Shown piece by piece: positions 51,545 through 59,683 of a DNA stretch of 64,000 bases (the first letter of the stretch is position 1; the number at the start of each line of letters is the position of its first letter). The position numbers were made by a program, and so were the translations under genes. Below the pieces are notes generated by a model. The model made no database searches and was not told the origin of the DNA. It saw only the letters and a program-made list of their open reading frames with translations. Source of the stretch: Planctomycetota bacterium (GTDB taxonomy: Bacteria; Planctomycetota; UBA8742; UBA2392); assembly GCA_016712285.1 (NCBI GenBank), contig JADJRK010000001.1:2300885-2364884 (forward strand). The letters run 5' to 3'.

Positions 51545-54316
51545 CTACGGTGTGTAGTAAAGGCTGAAGCGCGGTGTCGGGACGAACGAGTCCCGCCCTG
51601 TCACAAACCACATGCGTCCGGCATGGAACACTGTTGCATGGAAGCCACTTGCCATGTCCGGCGTGGCCAGCAGTTCCAGCGTGCCTGCCACCGGGTCCAG
51701 CCGCTGCAACCGTGCAGTCGCGTGTGGCGCCGGTGAACTGTCCCAGCCGTTCAGGATGTACAGCTTGCCGTTGTGGACCGCCCCGGCGCCGTACCAGATC
51801 GGCTGTGCCAGCGCGGGGAAGCCCGAGGGCCCCGTGGTGCCGGTTGCGGCGTTGTCGCCGACCGGGTCGGGTTGATACATCTCAATGCTGTCCAGTGTCG
51901 CGGAAATACCCCGGCCGCCGGCCATGTAGATCGCACCGTTGATCCAGCCTACCACCGGGAAGCGACGGGGCGTGTAGACTCCGACGTCGCTCTTGATGTG
52001 CCAGGCGCCGGTCGCCGCGCTGCCCAACGGCGCCTCGTACATCAGGACCGCGTTGCTGTGCTCTTTCATGTATGACCCGGACCCGGGCGCGGTCTCGGCG
52101 CTCAGGCGGCCGCCCACTACGTACAGGCGGTCGTCGGCATCCTGCGCCGCATCGGCTGCCGCCAGGCCGAACTCCGCCCAGCCCTGCACCAGCCGCCCAC
52201 CCAGCATGCCCGGCATCGCTGCCACCACTTCCCATGGGCCGGGCGCGGGCAGCGCGCTGCCGGCGCCATCCGCCACCTGCATGCGCTCCACAAGCCCGCA
52301 GAATGCGCCGCTGGATGGCGCCGTGGCTGAGTACAACTCGCCGCCCACGACATAAATGTAGCCGCCGTAGCTGTGTTGCAGAAACGCCGCGCCCACGTAC
52401 TGGCGTTCAGTGCTCAGCGGCCGCCCGATGTCCTCCAGCCGATGGTCGCGCAAGACGTTGGCCTGGTGCGTCGTGTGAAACACGTACACATTGTCAACCG
52501 TCGCGCCCACGCGCCCGCCAAGCAGATAGATCGCGCCCTCTGCGCCGTAGTCGGGGTGCGGGGCCACCACCATGGCTTCGCAGTAATGCTCGTGAAAGTC
52601 GCCGGCGCCATCGGCCCGCAGGGAGTCAAAATAGCGGTGGTCTCCCGCGCGCCGCCAGAAGTTGCCCTGTCCGGCATCATAGACCCGCAGCCGCATGTCG
52701 CGCGTCGCCGTCAGCCCCGCGGTATCGACCTGCACGGTGAAGTCAAACAGGCCTTGCTCCAGCGCCCAGCCTTGCAGCGCTCCTGTCGCGGAGAGCGTCA
52801 CGCCTTGGGGCAGCATACCGCCGATCAGCTGAAAGCTTGCGCCGGTAGGTGTTGTGCCTGCCATGCTCACGGGCAGGGCAACGTTCATCGCGCCGGAGCC
52901 CGCGTCATGCTCGACCAGTTCTTCGGGCAGCGTCAGGTCGTTGAAGCGAATGCGAAACGTGTACGCGTTGGCGTGCCAGACAGCGTTCTTGTAGACGGCT
53001 TCCACGGCAAGGAACCATGTGCCGGCCGGGGCGCCCGCCATGCGGATCACGGAGTCATCCCCCGTCGCTGCGGGCACGCCGTCCACCAGCTTGTCATAGG
53101 CTGCGCCCCCGCGATCACGATACAGCGCGGACTTGAGCTTGCCGGTGAAGGCTGAAAAGAACACTTCGATCTCGATCTCACCCTCGTACGGAGTGCTGAA
53201 CGCAAACAGATCCACGAGGTCGCGGTCTGGGTCGCCCGGGTTGCTGCTGACACTGAGTGTAGTCGCCTGCACCAGCGGGGCCGCCATGCTCAGCGCGCCC
53301 ATTTGGGTCGCCGTCGCAAAGTCATTGTTGTTGCTGCCGGCGTCGAAGCCGTCCAGCGCGTGCACATAGCCTACGCCTTCGTAAGCCACGAGGTCCAGAC
53401 GCTGGCTGATGGCAACCATCGGACTGGTAAAGGGCTCGCACTGGATCTCGAGCTCGTACAAGCCAGCCGCTGCCGGCGCGCCGAATAGCGTTCCATCGGG
53501 CAGCAGGGCCAGGCCGGCGGGCAGCGCCGCAGATGCCGCGCCCAGGCTCCAGATCAGCGGGTATGCACCAACGCTGCTGTTGGACGCAAGCTGCACGCCG
53601 TACGGCTGGTTGCGCATGCCGCGCGGAAGTTCCGTGGTCGTAATCTCCGGCGTCGCCACAATCCACAGGTCCAGCGACGCGACTGCGATGGCCGGCGACG
53701 CCGCGGAATCCTGCACCTGCACATCGAAGCGGTGAAACACCTCTGCCCCGGCTGTGTACGTGCCGGTGATCTGGCCACTGGCATCTAGCGTGAGCTGGGA
53801 AAGGCCCAGCGCGAAACCGCCGCCCGTGGCTGTGCCGCCGCTGGTGACACTGAACTGGTAGGGCGGGACGCCGCCGCTGGCGGCAATGGCGGCTGTGTAG
53901 GGCTGCCCCATCAACCCGGCGGGAATGCGCTGGGTGTCGATGGTCAGCGCTGCGGGCTGCACTACAAGCTGAAACTGGCGCTCTGCCACCGCGGCGGGAG
54001 TGCTGTCGTCTCGCACACGGATCAAGAGCGCCAGTGTTTCGGGCGTCGTGGGCGTGCCGGAAAGCGCGCCCTGGGCCGAGAGGCTGATCCACGCGGGTGG
54101 CGTGAAGCCGGTGCCCCACTCAAACGTGAACGGTACCTGGCCCCCGTCAGCCTGGACCGAGAACAGATAGGACTGGCCCACCTGGGCATCTGGAAGTGCG
54201 GCGGTCACGAACTCGAACCCGGGCTTCCATGTTGGTTTGCCATCGTCGCCGCTGGTGTCGCAGCCGGCAACCAGTGCAAACGTGGCAAGAACAGTGATAG
54301 CGATTGCGCGGTACAT
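51545..54316 (-). CDS. Large lipoprotein with N-terminal Ig-like (putative-Ig/He_PIG-type) repeats and C-terminal Kelch-like beta-propeller
   Basis: 923 aa from ATG 54316, with GGAGAGAGCC SD. Lipobox LVAGC. Repeated LP.A.VGQ.Y...I.ASGG..PY.F units. Kelch-like GAIYLLGG, GYIYVVGG, RLYVVGG, GAIYMAGG, GKLYILNG. Confidence 0.8.
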   Translation of the reverse strand: MYRAIAITVLATFALVAGCDTSGDDGKPTWKPGFEFVTAALPDAQVGQSYLFSVQADGGQVPFTFEWGTGFTPPAWISLSAQGALSGTPTTPETLALLIRVRDDSTPAAVAERQFQLVVQPAALTIDTQRIPAGLMGQPYTAAIAASGGVPPYQFSVTSGGTATGGGFALGLSQLTLDASGQITGTYTAGAEVFHRFDVQVQDSAASPAIAVASLDLWIVATPEITTTELPRGMRNQPYGVQLASNSSVGAYPLIWSLGAASAALPAGLALLPDGTLFGAPAAAGLYELEIQCEPFTSPMVAISQRLDLVAYEGVGYVHALDGFDAGSNNNDFATATQMGALSMAAPLVQATTLSVSSNPGDPDRDLVDLFAFSTPYEGEIEIEVFFSAFTGKLKSALYRDRGGAAYDKLVDGVPAATGDDSVIRMAGAPAGTWFLAVEAVYKNAVWHANAYTFRIRFNDLTLPEELVEHDAGSGAMNVALPVSMAGTTPTGASFQLIGGMLPQGVTLSATGALQGWALEQGLFDFTVQVDTAGLTATRDMRLRVYDAGQGNFWRRAGDHRYFDSLRADGAGDFHEHYCEAMVVAPHPDYGAEGAIYLLGGRVGATVDNVYVFHTTHQANVLRDHRLEDIGRPLSTERQYVGAAFLQHSYGGYIYVVGGELYSATAPSSGAFCGLVERMQVADGAGSALPAPGPWEVVAAMPGMLGGRLVQGWAEFGLAAADAAQDADDRLYVVGGRLSAETAPGSGSYMKEHSNAVLMYEAPLGSAATGAWHIKSDVGVYTPRRFPVVGWINGAIYMAGGRGISATLDSIEMYQPDPVGDNAATGTTGPSGFPALAQPIWYGAGAVHNGKLYILNGWDSSPAPHATARLQRLDPVAGTLELLATPDMASGFHATVFHAGRMWFVTGRDSFVPTPRFSLYYTP

Positions 54317-54447
54317 GGCTCTCTCCTGCAATGGATCCGCTTCTACAGGGAGCATATATCAGCTATTCAGATATACAAGTCTTTTATTGTGGCTGGAGCA
54401 CAAATCGTCCCGCCCGCGCCGCGAGCGCATGATAGACCGAAAAGAAT

Positions 54448-54733
54448 CAGAAAACGGTGGCACCCCGGGCAGGGATCGGACCCCAAACCAGCCCGGTGGG
54501 CTGGTTTGGAAGTGTAGCAGCCCGCCGTAGCCTTGGCGGAGGCGGGCGTAAGCGAAGCGTACGAGCGAAAGCCGTGAATTTCGCGGTATTCAGAAAACGG
54601 TGGCACCCCGGGCAGGAATCGGACCCCAAACCAGCCCGGTGGGCTGGTTTGGAAGCGTAGCAGCCCGCCGTAGCCTTGGCGGAGGCGGGCGTAAGCGAAG
54701 CGTGAATGCGACAGTCGTGAATCTCGCGGTATT
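54448..54733. repeat. Two tandem 143-bp repeat units, each starting with a copy of the 3'-terminal 25 nt of the adjacent tRNA-Arg gene and containing a perfect 12-bp-stem hairpin
   Basis: Units occupy 54448..54590 and 54591..54733, and a third period starts at 54734 and runs into the tRNA itself. The tRNA fragment copies are at 54458..54482 and 54601..54625. The hairpins CCAAACCAGCCC-GGT-GGGCTGGTTTGG are at 54483..54509 and 54626..54652. The units are near-identical except for about 30 nt at their right ends. Confidence 0.85.
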
Positions 54734-54743
54734 AAGAAAACGG

Positions 54744-54819
54744 TGGCACCCCGGGCAGGAATCGGACCTGCGACCTGCGGTTTAGGAAACCGCTGCTCTA
54801 TCCACTGAGCTACCGGGGC
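54744..54819 (-). tRNA. tRNA-Arg (anticodon CCT), CCA encoded
   Basis: Manual cloverleaf of 76 nt. Acceptor GCCCCGG/CCGGGGT. D arm GCTC-AGTGGATA-GAGC. Anticodon arm GCGGT-TTCCTAA-ACCGC. T arm GCAGG-TCCGATT-CCTGC. Discriminator G followed by CCA. The T loop reads TCCGATT, so position 55 is C rather than the usual T. Confidence 0.85.
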
Positions 54820-54864
54820 GTGGCTTCACTCTAACAACGCGCCCCTGCGCGAAAAGGTTGCGGG

Positions 54865-56403
54865 CTATCGGCGCTCGGTGCTGCGGAACACACGCACGGC
54901 GCGAAACCTTGCCGTGCCATCGCTGAGCCGGTAGTTCTGGTCAAGGCGCTGCTGCACCTTGCGTGCCAGGGCCGCGTTGTTGGTGCGCGGGTCGCCTTGC
55001 AGCACAGCCGCCACGTCGCGCCTGACATCTTCTTTCAGCGAAGACTCGAACTCCTGCCAGTTGGCACGCCGGGCAGCCTCGTCCGCTCCGGCAAACTGGA
55101 ACTGCACCTGCCAGTTCTCGTCGCCCGCCGGCGTAACGAAGCTGACCGGCAGGTCATACGGGTTGGGCACGCTGCTTTCCTGCACCGACGCGGGCGCTCC
55201 GCCGCTTGGCTGCTGTGCACCGTTGTTGCCGCCAAAGATCATGACCAGCGCGATGATGCCGCCAATGATCAGCGCCAACACGATGCTGAGTATGGTCACC
55301 TTCACCCAGCTCAATGGCGCGCCGCCGCGGACTTCGCCCGTGCTGCCATTGACCAGCACGTTGTAGGCCTTGTCCTTGAAGCGATAACTCATGATGAACA
55401 CGGGCAGCAGTACGTGCTTGAAGCTCTGGCCCCAGAAGTTCGTGTTCACGCTTAGAAAGCGATGCGTGTCGCCGGGCACGTCGCGCGCGCAGCGCGAGTG
55501 GCACTCGCCGCGAATGCCTGTCTCGGCGATGCTCCAGCACTCTTTCAGGTCCATGCTGTAGCGTTCGGCGCGAAAGCCCGCGAGGTACTTGCTGTCGTAA
55601 GGCACCAGCGACTTGGTCGGGAACGGCTCAATCTGCTGCATCAGCTTTTGCAGGTCCGTCCCGTAGTACTGGCGCGATGCGCACACCAGCCAGTCATCAA
55701 AGAAGTCACGGCGCTGGCCGCTGGTCCAGACCCAGCGCACCTTGCGCACCTGGCGCGTCTGGCGCCGACCCTGGCTGTCTGTGTAACTCTGCGTCACGTA
55801 GTAGTAGTAGCCCGCCTGCGCCGTCCAGCTTGAGTGGCTCTGGGTGTCGTAGGTCCAGAACGGCACGTACACGCCGTGCAGGTCCTCCACGTTTGCGCGC
55901 TGCTGCAAGGCACTGGGTCGCACCAGCTTGACCCACAACCGGCCCCAGAAACCGTCGCCACCGTTCAGCCACTTGCGAAACTTCTCTACCGCGTCAGCGC
56001 CCTTGAACTGAAATGGCAGCAGGCCCTCCGGCTGCAGCACACCGGGTGGCAGTTCTTCTTCAATAATGCGTTTGCCGCCGCAGTAATCGCAGCGGGCGGT
56101 GTGGCCCCCGGTGTCGACAATGATGTCCGCGCCGCAGTCCTGGCATTTGACTTCGCGCTTGCCCTGGGTCTGCACGTGCTGCGCGTGGCCCAGATAGCGG
56201 GCAATGGCGTCGTTCAGGTCGTACTCAATGACCGCGGCGCCTTCACGCACCTCAATCGCCTGCGTGTGGCCGCAGTAACCGCAGACGAGCTCGCGGGCGC
56301 CGGGCTTGAATTCAAGGTCCGCCCCGCAGCCGGTACATGGCAGCGTGGAAACGCTTGTCTTGTTGCCCTCTACGGGGCCGTCGTCGTTGTCGAATTCGCC
56401 CAT
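54865..56403 (-). CDS. Double zinc-ribbon membrane protein, unknown function
   Basis: 512 aa. CTGCGADL...CGYCGH and CQDCGADI...CDYCGG zinc ribbons. A conserved-looking middle domain (VYVPFWTYD..., VLLPVFIMSYRFKDKAYNVLVNGSTGEV). One TM helix (VTILSIVLALIIGGIIALVMIF). A C-terminal domain follows. Confidence 0.8.
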   Translation of the reverse strand: MGEFDNDDGPVEGNKTSVSTLPCTGCGADLEFKPGARELVCGYCGHTQAIEVREGAAVIEYDLNDAIARYLGHAQHVQTQGKREVKCQDCGADIIVDTGGHTARCDYCGGKRIIEEELPPGVLQPEGLLPFQFKGADAVEKFRKWLNGGDGFWGRLWVKLVRPSALQQRANVEDLHGVYVPFWTYDTQSHSSWTAQAGYYYYVTQSYTDSQGRRQTRQVRKVRWVWTSGQRRDFFDDWLVCASRQYYGTDLQKLMQQIEPFPTKSLVPYDSKYLAGFRAERYSMDLKECWSIAETGIRGECHSRCARDVPGDTHRFLSVNTNFWGQSFKHVLLPVFIMSYRFKDKAYNVLVNGSTGEVRGGAPLSWVKVTILSIVLALIIGGIIALVMIFGGNNGAQQPSGGAPASVQESSVPNPYDLPVSFVTPAGDENWQVQFQFAGADEAARRANWQEFESSLKEDVRRDVAAVLQGDPRTNNAALARKVQQRLDQNYRLSDGTARFRAVRVFRSTERR

Positions 56404-56550
56404 GGGGCTTTCCTTTTAATAGCAACAGGCCCCCGGGGCGAGAGCCATGAATGACCCCCACCCCCGCTTTTCGTGAACACGCACAGCGCCCAATCCGTAG
56501 TATCATTAGCCGTCCCGGCGTGCGGCGCCGGGGCTATTGGGAGAAATGCC

Positions 56551-59500
56551 ATGCGTCACCTGCTATGGATGCTGCTGCTTGCCGGTTCGCCCGTGTTTGC
56601 CGCCGAGGCTTACCCTGAAGCCCGCCTGTCGGTAGTGCAGGATGCCGGCGACGAAGGCGAAGAAACGGTCGAATCCTGGCTCGTCGACGCCAACATGGCT
56701 GCCGACAGTGGCCGCTACGCAGCCGCCAAGCTCGACTTCAAGAAGGCCGTCAAGGAAGACCCGGCCCACCAGGCGGCTGCACGCGGTTTGGCAGAAGTCT
56801 ATGTGCAGACCGGCGACTACAAGCTTGCCCAGAAAGCTCTTGAGGGCTGCATCGCCGCCGCCGAGAAGGATGGCGCCGCCGTCGAGCCCCGCACGCGCAT
56901 TGCACTGGCGCGCATCCTGTTTACCCGCGGCGAGTACTCCGCCGTCGAAAAGATCGCCGACGCCTTGAGCGCAGAGGCGGCCGCTGAAGCCAAGGCCGCC
57001 ACCCCGCGCGGCGATGTCGTGCTGGCTGCCATCGACGGGGCCGTGCTCAAGGGCAACCTGCTGCGCACACAGGGCCTGTATGATGATGCAATCAAGCTCT
57101 ATGCCACGGTGCGCGACCTGGTCATGGCGCACCGCGGCGGTTTGATGCGCATCGATACCAGCAAGAAGCGCCAAGCCGACATGGCCGACCTGTGGTGCAG
57201 CGCCGGTGAGGCTTATTACTGGCAGAACAAGCTGCACGAAGCCAACGATTGCTGGGGCAACGCGCTGCAAGCCGACGAGTACCACCTGCGCACCGCAGGC
57301 TGGATGGCACGCCTCTACCTTGAGCAGAACCACGACAGCAGCAGCCGGGTGAACTACTCCGAGCCCACGCTGCGGCACAACCCGAACGTGACCGAGCTGA
57401 AGCTGCGGCTTGCCGAGGCGCACTTCTTTCGCTGGCGCAGCGGCGAGGGCATGAAGCACCTTGAGGAGGGGCTGAAGGTCAACCCGGACCACCCCGAGGC
57501 GCTGGCCGTGCGGGCCCTGCGGTTCCTGTACACCGACCAGTATGAAGAAGCGCGCAAAGATTATGAGCGCGCGTTGAAAGTGAACCCGCAGCACGTGGAA
57601 GCCCTGGGCGCCAAGGCCCTGCACGGCAAGACGCTGGGCTTGAAAGACGTGTTTGAGCAGGCGGAAGCCGCCATGCTCGCCATCAACCCAAAACCCGCGC
57701 GCTTTTACGAGATCATCGCCGACGGCCTGAGCGACCGCTTCCGGTACGTCGAGGCCTTTCCGATGTACGACAAGGCGCTGGCGTGCAATGAAAGGCACTG
57801 GAGCGCATACAAGGGCCGCGGCATGGCGGCCATGAACTTCGGCGACGACGTGCTGGGCAAGAAGTCGCTCAAGACAGCGTTCGACAACGACCCTCTGCGC
57901 AACAACCTGCAAACCTTGAACCTGCTCACGCTGCTCGAGAGCTACAAGAACTTTGAACGCTACGAGTCACCCGACGGACGCTGGCGCCTGCTGGTCCACA
58001 AGACCGAAGCGCCGGTGATGAAAGACCTGTACATCCAGCACCTCGACGCATGCTGGGACAGCATGACGAAGAAGTACGACTTCAAGCCGCGCACCCCCAT
58101 CGTCGTCGAGGCCTTTCATCGCCACGAGGACTTTGAAGTGCGAACGGTCGGCATCACCGGTTTGCCTGCGCTGGGTGCATGCTTCGGGCAGTTGATCACG
58201 CTGGATTCGCCGGGGGCGCGGCCCGCGGGCACGTACAACTGGGCCAGCACCCTGCGCCACGAGATGGACCACGTGTTTCAGTTGCAGATCAGCAACGGGC
58301 AGATCCCGCGCTGGCTGGCGGAAGGCAGCAGCGTGTACGAGGAAAAGATGACGCGCCCCGAGTGGGAGCGCCACATGGAAGACCAGTTGTTCATGCACTA
58401 CCACATGGACGACATTCCCAGCGTCAAGAAGTTCAACGAGTGGTTCCGCGATGGCAGCAAGGTGCTGTTCGCGTACTACCTCGGCAATGTCATGCTTGAG
58501 TTCATTGACAAGAAGCTCGGCGGGCTGGGCAGTGTGCGCAAAATGATCGAGATGTTCGGCGAGAAGAAAACGCCTGAAGAAGTCTTCCGTGCCTGCCTGA
58601 ACATGGAACCTGAGGCCTTCGACCAGCAGTTCCGCGACTATGTGCGCGATGAGCGCATTGCCCACCTGCGCATGGTGCCGCGCATCTCACAGGACCGCGT
58701 CACCGAGCTCTACTTCAAGTACGAAGACGGCAAGGCCGACGTGCCTGACATGGTCGAGCTTGCCCTGGGCTACGCGCAGCAGGGCTCGCGCGTTGACGCC
58801 GAGACCTTCATCGGCCTGGCAAGCCGCAAGGGCATCGCCGACGAACTCAGCCCCGCGGGCGCACGCTTCCACTATGTGAAGATGCTGCTGGCCCGCGGCG
58901 ACGAGAAACTGAACGCCGCACAGCGCGCGGCCAAGTCACGCGAGCACCTGGAAACCGCGATTGCCCGCGGCCTGGAGGACTTCCAGAGCTTCCTGATCAT
59001 GGCCCAGTTTGCCCAGCGCGAGCAGAACGAGTCGATGATGCTGCACTGGCTGAAAGAAGCTAACCGCGCCTTCCCGGAAAACCCGCAGCCCTACGCCGCC
59101 ATGTACCAGTACTGGCAGCAAGCCGGCAACCGCGAAATGGCCGTCGAAGCTGCCGAGAACTGGATGAAAGTCGACGAGAACAACCTTCAACTTCGCATGT
59201 GGCTGATTGAGCAGGTCTACGACCCCGGCCGCAACTGGGCAAAGATGGCCGAGATGGCTGACCAGGCGGTGAACATCGCGCCGCTGATGGCCGGCACGCA
59301 CCGCTACCGCGCGTTCGCCCTGCGCAAACTGAAGCGCTACGAAGAAGCGGTCCAAAGCTTTGAGTACGTGCGGCGCCTGGCAACAGGCAACACGCCCGAA
59401 GAAGCCGTGGCCGCCGAAGTCAACGCGCTGCTGGACATCGCAGCCACCTGGCTGCACGCCGAGAAGTTCGACAAGTGCCGCGAAGCGCTGGAGAAGGCAA

Positions 59501-59586
59501 AGCTGTTAGATCCTAAGAACGAACGCATCAAGACCATCCAGGAAGAACTGGAAGCCGGCGAAAAGGAAAAAGAAGAAGGCTTCTAG
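56551..59586 (+). CDS. Secreted TPR-repeat protein with embedded MA-clan zinc metallopeptidase-like domain
   Basis: 1011 aa from ATG 56551, with GGGAGAAATGCC upstream. Signal peptide MRHLLWMLLLAGSPVFAA. Many TPR-like helices. HExxH motif LRHEMDHVFQ, then WLAEGSSVYEE. Confidence 0.85.
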   Translation: MRHLLWMLLLAGSPVFAAEAYPEARLSVVQDAGDEGEETVESWLVDANMAADSGRYAAAKLDFKKAVKEDPAHQAAARGLAEVYVQTGDYKLAQKALEGCIAAAEKDGAAVEPRTRIALARILFTRGEYSAVEKIADALSAEAAAEAKAATPRGDVVLAAIDGAVLKGNLLRTQGLYDDAIKLYATVRDLVMAHRGGLMRIDTSKKRQADMADLWCSAGEAYYWQNKLHEANDCWGNALQADEYHLRTAGWMARLYLEQNHDSSSRVNYSEPTLRHNPNVTELKLRLAEAHFFRWRSGEGMKHLEEGLKVNPDHPEALAVRALRFLYTDQYEEARKDYERALKVNPQHVEALGAKALHGKTLGLKDVFEQAEAAMLAINPKPARFYEIIADGLSDRFRYVEAFPMYDKALACNERHWSAYKGRGMAAMNFGDDVLGKKSLKTAFDNDPLRNNLQTLNLLTLLESYKNFERYESPDGRWRLLVHKTEAPVMKDLYIQHLDACWDSMTKKYDFKPRTPIVVEAFHRHEDFEVRTVGITGLPALGACFGQLITLDSPGARPAGTYNWASTLRHEMDHVFQLQISNGQIPRWLAEGSSVYEEKMTRPEWERHMEDQLFMHYHMDDIPSVKKFNEWFRDGSKVLFAYYLGNVMLEFIDKKLGGLGSVRKMIEMFGEKKTPEEVFRACLNMEPEAFDQQFRDYVRDERIAHLRMVPRISQDRVTELYFKYEDGKADVPDMVELALGYAQQGSRVDAETFIGLASRKGIADELSPAGARFHYVKMLLARGDEKLNAAQRAAKSREHLETAIARGLEDFQSFLIMAQFAQREQNESMMLHWLKEANRAFPENPQPYAAMYQYWQQAGNREMAVEAAENWMKVDENNLQLRMWLIEQVYDPGRNWAKMAEMADQAVNIAPLMAGTHRYRAFALRKLKRYEEAVQSFEYVRRLATGNTPEEAVAAEVNALLDIAATWLHAEKFDKCREALEKAKLLDPKNERIKTIQEELEAGEKEKEEGF

Positions 59587-59611
59587 GTCAGTGGCACGGG
59601 CACGGCGGTCA

Positions 59612-59647
59612 GGCACAAATTCGGCGGCAGATTGCCGAAATTGTGCC
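59612..59647. terminator. Long hairpin between convergent genes
   Basis: GGCACAAATTCGGC-GGCAGATT-GCCGAAATTGTGCC, with 13 of 14 stem pairs. Confidence 0.45.
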
Positions 59648-59683
59648 GGACCCCCACCGTGTGCACGTGCGCCGAGCAGCACA

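Noticed and set aside
54448-54770. Possible CRISPR array because of regularly spaced repeats
   Set aside because: The whole 143-bp unit repeats, including what would be the spacer. The conserved core is a tRNA 3' fragment, there are only about 2.2 units, and no cas genes are nearby.
54457-54785. ORFs 54457..54660 and 54600..54785, which share the peptide MAPRAGIGPQTSPVGWFGSVAARRSLGGGGRKRS
   Set aside because: The shared peptide is simply the translated 143-bp tandem repeat, which includes a tRNA fragment. There is no SD, and reading runs through hairpins, so I do not consider these coding.
54317-54865. Integrated mobile element or genomic island at the tRNA-Arg locus
   Set aside because: att-like tRNA fragment repeats are present. 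However, I found no integrase, excisionase, transposase or phage gene within the window on either side, so I call only the repeats and not a mobile element.
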